Assembly: GCA_050950285.1 (NCBI GenBank)
Contig: JBMNHG010000011.1
Location: 1 to 64,000, forward strand
Source: Kiritimatiellia bacterium
GTDB taxonomy: Bacteria; Verrucomicrobiota; Kiritimatiellia; RFP12; JBMNHG01
Reading direction: 5' to 3'
DNA length: 64,000 nucleotides
The notes below the pieces were generated by a model. The model saw only the letters and a list, made by a program, of their open reading frames with translations. It was not told where the DNA came from and ran no database searches. Positions 9,185 to 18,714 of the stretch are shown in pieces (the first letter of the stretch is position 1; every line of letters starts with the position of its first letter). Position numbers and translations under genes: made by a program.

Positions 9185-10773
9185 AAGGCCACCTCCCTGT
9201 GCCGGTCAGAAGGGACTGGCTTGAAAAAGCCATAACCGCGATACCGCCCCGCGCCGAGCAACACCGGACCTTCAACAACAGACGGGAAACGCAACCACAC
9301 ATGAATTTGCTGGCGGTCAGGCACAAGCAATGGAAAGCCGCTTTTGTCGGGACGAGAACGGGGTGAGCCCCGCAAAAAAGCGTTTTTGTCGATGTCAATT
9401 TCGACGGGATTCGGCAGTCCGACGTGTTCGCAGCTCTCTGCAATGGATGCGGTAATTTCTGCGAAGCGGGCCTGCGGTGTTTTGCTCTTGATGCGGCGAT
9501 CCAGAACAACGGGCGTGACGGTAGCCCAAGTATCTGATGGGCGGCACCACGTATCAGCTCGGAGCGCAAGAGGTCTTGATGAACGTTCTTCGCGGTCAAG
9601 CATCCAGACTCCAAGTGCTCCGAGTGTGAGCTTGATCGGGGTTGGCACTCCTTGTTTGTAGAGGAGTTGGGCAAGCGCTTGACCACGTTCACGAGGTGAA
9701 ACCGAACGAGGGAATGCGATGGCCATACCGAGAAGATGGCCGTCTGCGTGTTCATGGCCAACGAATGCAAGGGGAAGAAGAGCAATGTGGGGGGAGTCGG
9801 TTGCGGGCTTACCATCTGCGGTGTGGCCTGTCAGCCACTCTGGAGCATGTTCACGATCCTTCGTGCCGATACAGTCTTTGAGTATCTTGCCGCGAAGAGC
9901 GGTTGTAAGACGAGCCGTGGCTTCAAGGCCGAGCACACGACCATCGAGCTTTGTGAGTATCAGAAGATTAGGGTCGAACGGGCCGGGAAACGGATCGGGT
10001 GTTTCTTGCACTGCGTTACAGACGTAAGCACAATTGAGGCTGGCAGAGGGATACTGTCGAAGGGGCACGGTGCCGCCGAAACGTTTCTCCAGATCGGCTT
10101 GTAAAAGTTTTTTGGATTTTCCTTTTGCGGCGGCAATTTGCGCAGAAAGGTCAAAGTACTCCTCTATCGTGTCGTTGTTGAAGCAGGACTCCAACCGATC
10201 CAGAAATCCGGCGCTGGTAACACGCAGATTCAGGTTGCCGGTGGCTCTGGGCAGGTAGTTTGGCGATGGTGGATCGTCAGCAACCCACATCTGAACGAAC
10301 GAGGACGAATGTCCAATCCGTGTGACCTTCGAGCAGAGCCGAGCAAGCGCATCAACATGCGAAGATGCATCTGCCTCCGGCCATATCAGGAAAACATACG
10401 GATCTTGGAGGTGGACTTTTGGGAAGGAGCGCGGTTGGCGGTTTCGGGCCACGCCAACAGCCCCGGGCAGCCTTTTCCGAAGTTCCGCCGGCTTGCTTGC
10501 GGACGGAAGCGAGTCGTTAACCGGAACAAACTGTTCAACGACGGTTCGTGGGTCTGCATGACTGGCGCTGATGGCGGGAGGTGGCAATGCTTCGATCCAG
10601 AGGAGCGCTGCACGCTCGGCGCCATCGGGTGCCGAGGTGCAGCCTTCATGGAGAGCAGCTACCATTGCCATGAAAACGCGAGCCGGATGGGGCGGCCATT
10701 CAACACATCCGTAGTCACTCGAATCCGTGGCCGTGGCATAGCCCGTGAGGTAGTGGATGCCAAGAGCGAACAT
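9181..10773 (-). CDS. csb2: Type I-G Csb2 (Cas5/Cas6 fusion)
   Basis: EWPPHPARVFMAMVA, RIGHSSSFV, WATVTPVVLDR and GPVLLGAGRYRGYGFFKP G-rich loop. Confidence 0.93.
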   Translation of the reverse strand: MFALGIHYLTGYATATDSSDYGCVEWPPHPARVFMAMVAALHEGCTSAPDGAERAALLWIEALPPPAISASHADPRTVVEQFVPVNDSLPSASKPAELRKRLPGAVGVARNRQPRSFPKVHLQDPYVFLIWPEADASSHVDALARLCSKVTRIGHSSSFVQMWVADDPPSPNYLPRATGNLNLRVTSAGFLDRLESCFNNDTIEEYFDLSAQIAAAKGKSKKLLQADLEKRFGGTVPLRQYPSASLNCAYVCNAVQETPDPFPGPFDPNLLILTKLDGRVLGLEATARLTTALRGKILKDCIGTKDREHAPEWLTGHTADGKPATDSPHIALLPLAFVGHEHADGHLLGMAIAFPRSVSPRERGQALAQLLYKQGVPTPIKLTLGALGVWMLDREERSSRPLALRADTWCRPSDTWATVTPVVLDRRIKSKTPQARFAEITASIAESCEHVGLPNPVEIDIDKNAFLRGSPRSRPDKSGFPLLVPDRQQIHVWLRFPSVVEGPVLLGAGRYRGYGFFKPVPSDRHREVAL

Positions 10774-10777
10774 AAGA

Positions 10778-12067
10778 CTATTCCTCGGGGGTAGTTGCGG
10801 CGATTTCCTGACTTCTGCGGAGCAAGGTAACAAGCGAGGTGGAAGGGGTCAGTACAAGCGGTTCACTACGCCACACGAGTCCAAGTGCCTCGGCGGCGGC
10901 GACTGCCTCCTCAACGCCTTCAAGTGCTTCGGCAGCGACGAGCCTAAACTTTTGCGGAACCTCTCCCGGCGTTGCAAGCAGTTCCCACTCGGAAACGCGT
11001 TCAGGCCAGAGCAAACAGCGTGAGCGCAAGTCAAACCCGGTTTCGTAGGCAAGTGCCGCAGAGGCAAGTGCGATCGTTGCGAGAACAGTCCGTCCAGCGA
11101 TATCGCGTTCTTCTGAGCGATCGCCATTAACGGGAAAATGCAAACGACGAAGGGCGGCTAAAGACAAGACAGCCGTTTGCTCGGCGTAGTCCAGTGTCAC
11201 ACCGCCAGGTATTTCATTCTTGTTCTCGTCCCTGTAATCTGGGGTGACGTTTCCGTGATTCGCCGTCGAGGGTTTACCCGCATCTGGAAAATCAGTGGCG
11301 TCGGCTAAAATATACACATCCTTCTTTTTGCTTTTTCCATATAGCAAGCATTTGCCTTCTTGATCCCTCACGGCTTCATTTGCATTCGTTGTCATCGTGC
11401 CATCCGGTTTGCGGAAAATCGGGCCGGCCTCTTTTCTGATCTGCAGGGGGTCGATACGACTAGATGTCTTTCTGCCGACAATTGCGTTGATCCCAACTAT
11501 TTCTGACACGAAAGCGCGCTGAAATTTTGCTCCAAGCCCACCTCTAGGTCCTGTCGAGTCCCACATGCCGAAGATGAGTGCTGTGGGGCAGAGTTCGTAA
11601 AGCGGTGTTGCATTCTGAAGACTGGCGTTGTCGAGAGACCTTCCGATATCTGTCTGCCTGAATCGTACGCCATTAATTTCACTGTCACGCAGAATCGCAT
11701 CAGCAATGCGATGAGGTGCTGTGAGGCTGGTTACTGTTCCAACCGCATTCGGCAATTGCTCACCGGAAAAATCTACTACAACGAGCGGTAATGAGATCTG
11801 CCCTGCGTCGATCGCGTTTTGGAGGGCTTCCTCATGGCGGTTGGCCTGTGACTGAACGGAATCAATCAGGACGCATGGGATCGTCGCGATTGAACCGTCG
11901 GGTTGTTTGACGCGACGATTTTCCAATGCGTAAGTCCCCTCTGCATAGGTCGGCGGGAATACTTTAGCTCCTTCGCCTTCAGCGGGTTGGAGGCGGTTTC
12001 TTGTACGGAAGGCAGCCGCGTTTCCGGCGACGGCGTTTCTGATGAGGTCAACAGTGAGTGTGCTCAT
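10778..12067 (-). CDS. csb1: Type I-G Csb1 (Cas7 backbone)
   Basis: KVFPPTY, IDSVQSQANR.E, APHRIADAILRDS, PTALIFGMWDS, SRIDPL, LRSRCLL. Confidence 0.95.
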   Translation of the reverse strand: MSTLTVDLIRNAVAGNAAAFRTRNRLQPAEGEGAKVFPPTYAEGTYALENRRVKQPDGSIATIPCVLIDSVQSQANRHEEALQNAIDAGQISLPLVVVDFSGEQLPNAVGTVTSLTAPHRIADAILRDSEINGVRFRQTDIGRSLDNASLQNATPLYELCPTALIFGMWDSTGPRGGLGAKFQRAFVSEIVGINAIVGRKTSSRIDPLQIRKEAGPIFRKPDGTMTTNANEAVRDQEGKCLLYGKSKKKDVYILADATDFPDAGKPSTANHGNVTPDYRDENKNEIPGGVTLDYAEQTAVLSLAALRRLHFPVNGDRSEERDIAGRTVLATIALASAALAYETGFDLRSRCLLWPERVSEWELLATPGEVPQKFRLVAAEALEGVEEAVAAAEALGLVWRSEPLVLTPSTSLVTLLRRSQEIAATTPEE

Positions 12068-12135
12068 GATTTTGTCCTTTTTGTTGTGGTTGATCGTTTC
12101 CTGTAGGTCATATTCATTGCTGGCAGCATCCCGCA

Positions 12136-12212
12136 ATGAAATGCCTACGACAAACTAGGTACGGCCGGTGGCCGGTGGCCGCTTCAAAAAACGATGAAAA
12201 TTCCTGCTGCAT
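12136..12212 (-). pseudogene. Possible 5' remnant of a second I-G cas3
   Basis: MQQEFSSFFEAATGHRPY resembles the F..FF..ATG..PY start of I-G Cas3 proteins and then breaks off. Confidence 0.4.
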
Positions 12213-12628
12213 ATCATGCTCCGAAGGTCGTTTCAGCAAGACGCACTTCCAAAGAAGGATCCCAACTTTCAAAACATGTCGATCAAACCACAGGAGCAAG
12301 GCAAAGTCAATTCATGGACAAATCCATTCTTGACGATTCCGGCCCTCTGATGTACAAGGGGTTCGTGTTCGATCACGCGGGTCTATGTCCCCGAGTCCGC
12401 CGGTTTGTTCGAGAGATGGATGCGATGCGTTCCCTGCTCGAAGCGCTTCCCCGAGTATCCAAACCCCAGCTGCAAGTGCAACGTCTTTCTCGCTCGTCGG
12501 GCTGTTCGGGCTGGTGCGGCGGTTCCGGCCATCAACGGATTCCCGGCGACCTGTCCCCCCCCGCCGGCCAGTAGCACGCTACTGGCCGGCAAGGGTTTCC
12601 TTTTCGGCGCAATCAAGGAGAGTTTGTC

Positions 12629-13888
12629 ATGGGCATCAGCATCGGGTTCGTCGGTCTCGGGGGGTTTGGAAGCGCTTTCGTCCCCCTTTTCAAACAACAT
12701 CCGCTCGTGGATCGCATCGGCTTGTGCGACCGGGAGCCGGGGCCGCTGGAGAGGTTCGGAAACGACCCCTTCTACGCCGACAAGCTCGACCGGGAGCGGG
12801 ATCTCTACCCGGCGCTCGACGACATCTGCAAGGCCGATTTCGATGCGCTCGCCATCTTCACGCAGCCGTGGCTGCATGCCCCGCAGTGCATCCAGGCGCT
12901 CGAGCACGACAAACACGTCCTGAGCGCGGTGCCCATCACGTCGGTTCCCGACGGCGACGAAATCCTCGATTGGTGCGACAAGCTGGTCGCCGCCGTCAAT
13001 CGCACCGGGCGGCACTACATGCTGGGCGAAACGACCTACTATCGCCCGCAGGCGATGTTCTGCCGCAAGAAGGCGCGGGAGGGCGCCTTCGGCGATTTCG
13101 TCTATGCCGAGGGCGACTACATGCACGACGTCGATTATTCCTTGTCCAACCTTCGCCAGGTGCAACATGCACGAACGTCCAGCCAATCCGGAAAGGAATG
13201 GCTGGCGTACAGCGAGCGGTACTGGCGTCGGGGCGTTCGCAGCGGCCCCATGCACTACCCGACCCATTCGGTCAGCGGCCCCGTCTGCGTGATGAACGCC
13301 CATGCCGTGCGGGTCAATGCCTACGGCTATGCGAACCGGACCGGCGATCCGCATTTCAAAAACTACGCCTTCAGCAATGAAATGGCCTTGTTCAAAATGA
13401 GCAATGGAGCAGTCGTCCGCATTCTCGAGACGCGGGAGACGCCCGGCACGGCAGGAGCCGACAGCGAGACCTTCCGCATTTTTGGAACGCGCGGCAGCTT
13501 TTCCGAGAACCGCTGGTTCGCGACGGAGCGTCCGGATTTCGAGAATCTCGATCTGTCGAACCTCCCGGTGACGGAAACCCACCACCTGACCTCCGCCGAG
13601 ATGGTCGATCCGCTGCCGCCCGAAGTCCAGTCCGCCTTCAAAAAGGCCATGCACCAGGACAAGGATGAAAGCGAGTTGCTGAGCATGGAGTTCACCCCCG
13701 AAGGCCATGGCGGTTCGCACCCCTATCTCGTCCATGAATTCGTCGATGCCGTGGCACACGATCGCATCCCCGCGATCCACGTCTGGGAAGCCGTCCGCTA
13801 CATGGCGATGGGCGTGGCGGCGCACCAGTCGGCCTTGAAAGATGGCGAAACGGTGTCTGTGCCCGACTGGGGCGATGCCCCAGCCTAA
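12629..13888 (+). CDS. Gfo/Idh/MocA family NAD(P)-dependent oxidoreductase
   Basis: IGFVGLGGFG Rossmann motif, KHVLSAVP, YMLGET, HYPTHS, GHGGSH; RBS AAGGAG. Confidence 0.92.
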   Translation: MGISIGFVGLGGFGSAFVPLFKQHPLVDRIGLCDREPGPLERFGNDPFYADKLDRERDLYPALDDICKADFDALAIFTQPWLHAPQCIQALEHDKHVLSAVPITSVPDGDEILDWCDKLVAAVNRTGRHYMLGETTYYRPQAMFCRKKAREGAFGDFVYAEGDYMHDVDYSLSNLRQVQHARTSSQSGKEWLAYSERYWRRGVRSGPMHYPTHSVSGPVCVMNAHAVRVNAYGYANRTGDPHFKNYAFSNEMALFKMSNGAVVRILETRETPGTAGADSETFRIFGTRGSFSENRWFATERPDFENLDLSNLPVTETHHLTSAEMVDPLPPEVQSAFKKAMHQDKDESELLSMEFTPEGHGGSHPYLVHEFVDAVAHDRIPAIHVWEAVRYMAMGVAAHQSALKDGETVSVPDWGDAPA

Positions 13889-13936
13889 TGGTGTTTGACT
13901 TCCATTGCCAACCCAAAGCAAGAAGAGGAAAAAGAA

Positions 13937-14279
13937 ATGACGACGATGAATTACAATCCGTGTGGGAAGCCGGACGCGGGGAACCCGCACGTTAGGCTTG
14001 GTGGGAGAGCCGTCGCATCGGGAAGGCCGAGGCGCGGGGCGCCACTCTGCAAACGAATGGCCGTCGCCGTGTCGTCGCTCGCCATTTTGATGTCCACGGC
14101 TCGTGCCGTGGACACAACGGTATGGACGTGGGATGACGGCGGCAGGGTCGTGGAAGAACCGACGACAGTCACTCAGACCCAAAATCAAGGAATCATTGCC
14201 TGGCTGCCGGTCTGGCAGATTCTGACGGGGGTGTCCGTCAGCACCTCGCGCACTTGGAACGCTTCTCTTTATCCTGTGA
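13937..14279 (+). CDS. Small secreted protein with a group II intron-like leader (one apparent frameshift), ending GTLLFIL*
   Basis: ATG 13937, signal peptide KRMAVAVSSLAILMSTARA. An alternative frame gives GGA ACG CTT CTC TTT ATC CTG TGA (14256-14279), followed directly by AGGAGG and ATG 14293. Confidence 0.6.
13965..14050 (+). ncRNA. Group II intron domain V-VI-like remnant
   Basis: AAGCCGGACGCGGGGAACCCGCACGTTAGGCTT forms a D5-like hairpin with AGC triad, purine-rich loop and AC bulge. It is followed by a GGTGGGAGAG...CCACTCTGC D6-like stem. No RT gene or D1-D4 seen. Confidence 0.7.
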
Positions 14280-14292
14280 AGGAGGATTGGCC

Positions 14293-15506
14293 ATGCGTCT
14301 GTCCGCAGTCAAGTCCGCGATTCTTCGTTGCGGCATTCACGGTTCCGGCGTCTGTTTTTGCCGTGCCGTCGATTTCCGACGTCTCGGTGACGGCCGAAGG
14401 GAACCTTTTCACGATCGCCTACACGCTTTCGGGGGAAGACGCGATCGTCACCGCCGACATTCTGACGAATGGGGTCAGCATCGGCGGCGCGAACCTCGAT
14501 TACCTGTCGGGGGATGTCAACGCGCTCGTCGCGGCAGGCCCGGACAAGGTCGTCAAATGGCGGGCCGATCTCGCCTGGCCGATGCACGAGGTGTCGCCTG
14601 CGTCCGCGAGCGTGGAACTGAAGGCCTTTCCGCCGTCGTCGCCGCCGCAGTACATGGTCGTCAATCTCGATCGGCTCGACACGGCCTCGGCGGTTTCGTA
14701 TTACGAATCGCTCGACCATCTTCCTCGAGGCGGTCTCACGAATGCGATCTACAAGACCTCGCGCATTGTCTTTCGTCGCATCCCTTCGGCCGGCACGACC
14801 TACCGCATGGGATACGACGGCGGCGAGCCATCGGGCGTCGGTTGGCAGAAGAACAATGGCTGTTCGCCTTGCCATGTCATGTTCACGAAGGACTTCTACT
14901 GCGCAATTTACGAATTGACCGGCGCACAGGCCGCGTTTATCACGGATGCCGTCCAGCCGACGCCCGATGTCGCCTCGCATCCGAATGTCGGGCCGAACTT
15001 CAATGCGTACACGGGCGCCAATGGCCTGCTGGACACGTTGCGTTCGCGCACGGGGACGACCGACTTCAATCTGCCGACCTCGGCGCAGTGGGAGTTCGCG
15101 GCTCGTGCGGGCGAGCGCGCCAATTCGCACAACGGCTTTCTGGATTCCAGGCAATGGCGACTACCCGGATCTCCGGGCCATCGCCTGGCACAACAAGAAC
15201 GCAGGAAGCGCATCGCATGAGGTCGGACTGCTTCAGCCGAACAACTACGGGCTTTACGACGTCCAGGGCAATGTCGCGGAGATGTGCCTCGACCTGGTTC
15301 CACCGTCTGGATGGACCGACCGCACGGGGCAGGTCCTGACCGATCCGCAGGGGTATCAGGGCACGGATGCGACGTCCATCGTGCTTCGCGGATCCCACCG
15401 CTGGGCCGGCCCCGACTATCTGCTGGTCTGGGCCATTGCGTCAGAGCAGAAAGATCGAGGCCCGAACAATTTTGTCGGCGTCCGTTTGGTTTTCAACATC
15501 GACTGA
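14293..15506 (+). CDS. Secreted FGE-sulfatase (SUMF1/C-type lectin fold) domain protein, frameshifted
   Basis: LPTSAQWEFAARAG, EVGLLQPNNYGLYDVQGNVAEMCLD, VLRGS..GVRL; frame breaks near 14325 and 15140. Confidence 0.85.
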
Positions 15507-15525
15507 AATAGACAGGGGGAAAAAG

Positions 15526-16737
15526 ATGAACAGGATTTCCGTTTTTGCGGTTTTGGTTCTGCTGGCGGCGCCCGGCTTCGCCGCAGTTCCAAGGATTGTC
15601 GACGACAGCCTGACGTTTTCACAAGACAACGAGATGGCCACGATCGCCTATCAGTTGACGGGGGCCGACGCCATTGTCACGGTCGACATCCTGACGAACG
15701 GCGTTTCCGTCGGCAAGGACGTTCTTGCCGAGCTGACTGGCGACGTTCGACACAAGGTCGCGCCGGGGGCTCGCGCAATCGAATGGCGTCCTTGGGTGGG
15801 TTTGTTGAGGGATGTCAAGATCCCCCGGGGGTCGGTCAGCGTCAAGCTGACGGCGCATCCGACATACGCGCCGCCCGCGATCATGGTCGTCGATTGCAAG
15901 GGCTCGGGAACCGAGGCCATCACGTACTATGAGTCGCTGGAGCAATTGCCCGATGGCGGCCTCGCCAACGACAAGTACCGCCGCCAATGCCTTGTCCTCA
16001 AAAAAATCACCCCTCGGAACCGTGACTGGCGAATGGGGTCGAAGGTGCAAGGGACGCCCGGGGGGGAAGTCGGGCACTGGCCGGGCAAGGTCGGCGAGGA
16101 TGTCTGCCATGTGACGCTCTCCGGTGATTACTACATCGGGATTTACGAATTGACCCGCGCCCAGATCGAGTGCCTCGACGGCGGCGCCGGCACGGCTGGC
16201 GACGGGATGCGCCCCTATTGTGAAACCGGATCCAACTACAACTGGATGATGGGCAAGCTTGCCGCCTGGAACGCCAAATTCGGCGAAGCCGGCCTGACGC
16301 TGCCGACTTCCGCGCAGTGGGAATATGCCTGCCGGGCCGGTACCGAGAGCGCGTTCTGCAACGGTCGGAGCCTGGCGCACAACAATTCCAACGAGGCCGA
16401 CGATGTCTGCTGGTGCAACCGTGATTCCGGCGGTGCATCACACGACGTCGGCACGAAGAATGCAAATTCGTTCGGCCTCCATGACATGCACGGGAATGTC
16501 TGGGAACACTGCCTCGACAAGGTCGATCCGGTTTTGGGCTTGCCGTCGCATCTCAACAAGAAACTGCTTGATCCGACGGGCTATGCCGGCAACGATGCCA
16601 CCAACAGTGTCATTCGTGGTGGCAGCTACTGGTATGAGGCCCAGTATTGTCGGAGTGCGCATATCGCAGCCTACCCCATCTCCTCAACGGGAGCTAACGA
16701 TCATTATGGGTTCCGCTTGGCGGTGGACATTCGGTAG
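15526..16737 (+). CDS. Secreted FGE-sulfatase domain protein, paralog of the preceding gene
   Basis: Signal peptide, LPTSAQWEYACRAG, NSFGLHDMHGNVWEHCLD, VIRGGSY..GFRL. Confidence 0.9.
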   Translation: MNRISVFAVLVLLAAPGFAAVPRIVDDSLTFSQDNEMATIAYQLTGADAIVTVDILTNGVSVGKDVLAELTGDVRHKVAPGARAIEWRPWVGLLRDVKIPRGSVSVKLTAHPTYAPPAIMVVDCKGSGTEAITYYESLEQLPDGGLANDKYRRQCLVLKKITPRNRDWRMGSKVQGTPGGEVGHWPGKVGEDVCHVTLSGDYYIGIYELTRAQIECLDGGAGTAGDGMRPYCETGSNYNWMMGKLAAWNAKFGEAGLTLPTSAQWEYACRAGTESAFCNGRSLAHNNSNEADDVCWCNRDSGGASHDVGTKNANSFGLHDMHGNVWEHCLDKVDPVLGLPSHLNKKLLDPTGYAGNDATNSVIRGGSYWYEAQYCRSAHIAAYPISSTGANDHYGFRLAVDIR

Positions 16738-16741
16738 TCAA

Positions 16742-18271
16742 ATGAAAACATCCATTCTTCGAGGGCTTGCCGTCCTCGCGCCAACCGTTCTTCTCGCCGC
16801 GCCGGACGGGAAGCCCGACACGATCATACCCTATCGGCCGTATGCCCTCTACTATCCAGGCGAGGAAATCGTCCTGAAGGTGCCGGGCGGCGTGAAGGCA
16901 TGGCGCGCGATCGACATGGACGGCGAGATTGTCGCGACCGGAAAAGTCACCTGTTCGACATCGTGGGTGCAGGAGCGCGACTTCTCAAAAAAGTACGGGG
17001 CGTTTCGGTACGAAGCCCTCGACGAGGACGGCAAGATCGTCAATTCGATTTGGTTGGCGCGTCTGACCTCGCGCGAGGCAAGCCCCTGCCCCTGGGTGGG
17101 GGTCGGCACGCACAATCACCATGGCTGGTACTACGGCGACAACCGCTTTGTCGACGTCCTGGCTGCGGGCGGCATCGGCGTCGTCCGCGACGGGCCGCAC
17201 TGGGATGCGTGCGAGCGGCAGAAGGGCGTCTACACCCCCTATCGTGGACTCGACGCCTATGTCGACGCGCTGAACGCCAGGGGCATCAAGCTGATCATGC
17301 TCGTCTGCTACGGCAACCCAATCTACGACAACCCCGTCGATGCCGACGCGTACGCGAACTTCTGCTCGTATCTTGCGAAGCGCCATCTGGGCAAGGTCGA
17401 GTGGTACGAGATTTGGAACGAGCCGCAGAATTTCTCGTTCGCACCATACTACAAGAAACCGTATGACAGCGGCGTTTGCTGGGTGACGAACTTCGTGACG
17501 CTCTGCCACAAGGCCGATGCGGCGATTCGGGCGGTGGACCCGAAGGCGAACGTTGCGCTGAGCGGCGAGGATGTCGAGTTCTATCTCGACATGATGCTCA
17601 CAAACGGCATGGCCCAGGCGCACAACGTCGTTTCGTTCCACCCGTATTGCCACACGCAGCACCGCCCCGAGCGCGAGTATTTCCTCAAGGACTTCGGCGC
17701 CAAGCATCGGGCGCTGGCGAAGAAGCACGGCGGGGCGGATCGCTGGGTCGTCACCGAGGCCGGATGGCCGACCTTTGACGGGGAGGGGCAGTTTTGGGAA
17801 GTGGCCGGCTGCTATCCGAAAGCCAGCTACGCCGGCCAGGCCGAGTGCATCGTCCGCATGTATCTCGCGGCCAAGGAGGCGGGGTGCGAATTCGCCTGCC
17901 AATACGACTTCATTGACGACGGGGGCGAGCGATCGGGGGCCGAAGACAGCTTCGGCATGCTGCACCGAGACCTCACCCCCAAGCCGTCCTTCGCGGCGGT
18001 CGCCTACCTGACGCGCCTTCTGGGCACGGCCACGTTCCAAAAGGACCTTTCGACGGAGCCAGACAAATATCGCGTGGCGGGCTTTGTCAAAAATGGCAAG
18101 CCCATTCTGGCGGTCTGGAGCATCGAGGGCGAATGCGAATGGGAGGTGCCCGCGCCTTTCGGCCCCCTGAACGAGTGCCGCGATCTTTGCGGCAATCCGC
18201 AGCCCGCGCCCATCATCGACGGAAGGCGCATTCTCCTGACGGAACGACCGATTTACCTGATCGGAAAGTGA
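16742..18271 (+). CDS. Secreted clan GH-A glycoside hydrolase (GH39/GH5-like)
   Basis: Signal peptide, YEIWNEP acid/base motif, SFHPY, VTEAGWP nucleophile motif, FGML..DLTPKPS. Confidence 0.8.
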   Translation: MKTSILRGLAVLAPTVLLAAPDGKPDTIIPYRPYALYYPGEEIVLKVPGGVKAWRAIDMDGEIVATGKVTCSTSWVQERDFSKKYGAFRYEALDEDGKIVNSIWLARLTSREASPCPWVGVGTHNHHGWYYGDNRFVDVLAAGGIGVVRDGPHWDACERQKGVYTPYRGLDAYVDALNARGIKLIMLVCYGNPIYDNPVDADAYANFCSYLAKRHLGKVEWYEIWNEPQNFSFAPYYKKPYDSGVCWVTNFVTLCHKADAAIRAVDPKANVALSGEDVEFYLDMMLTNGMAQAHNVVSFHPYCHTQHRPEREYFLKDFGAKHRALAKKHGGADRWVVTEAGWPTFDGEGQFWEVAGCYPKASYAGQAECIVRMYLAAKEAGCEFACQYDFIDDGGERSGAEDSFGMLHRDLTPKPSFAAVAYLTRLLGTATFQKDLSTEPDKYRVAGFVKNGKPILAVWSIEGECEWEVPAPFGPLNECRDLCGNPQPAPIIDGRRILLTERPIYLIGK

Positions 18272-18714
18272 CGGCATGTGGTCGCAGTTGTTCACGATAA
18301 CGGGTCCGTGATCGGCAAGCAGAGATCTTCCTCCGGATCAGCGTCTGCTCTCGCAAGCTCGTGCCATCGCAACCGCTCCGCGTCCACACACGGCATCTGC
18401 CCACGCACATGCCGCTCCGGTTTCTGGTCGCCTCGCGTCAACCACCCGTCCCGCCTCCCAGCGGAACGCCGCCTTTTTCAGACGGGTAAGCTTCTGCGAT
18501 GGACACCATCCAAAAACTGGTTCCGAGCGGAATTGCCATTCTCGCGGCGACCCTGCTCTCCCTGTTCGTGCGAGACAGCGTCGCCATGATTCTCGCCTCT
18601 TATCTCGTCGCCATGCTTGCGCCGGTTCTTGCGCTTGTCCGATGCTTGCGCCCCGGACGTCCCCGGTGGCGGATTCTGGCGGCAACGGATCCTACGTCAT
18701 GGAAGACTGACGAG

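Noticed and set aside
12400..12565. KCNVFL..AGAAVP..NG..PP peptide reminiscent of RHS toxin C-terminal domains
   Set aside because: Too short, with no start context or RHS core, so it cannot be supported without a search.
14293..16737. Diversity-generating retroelement suggested by tandem FGE/C-type lectin genes
   Set aside because: No reverse transcriptase and no template repeat differing only at adenines were seen in the window. Remote targeting cannot be excluded.
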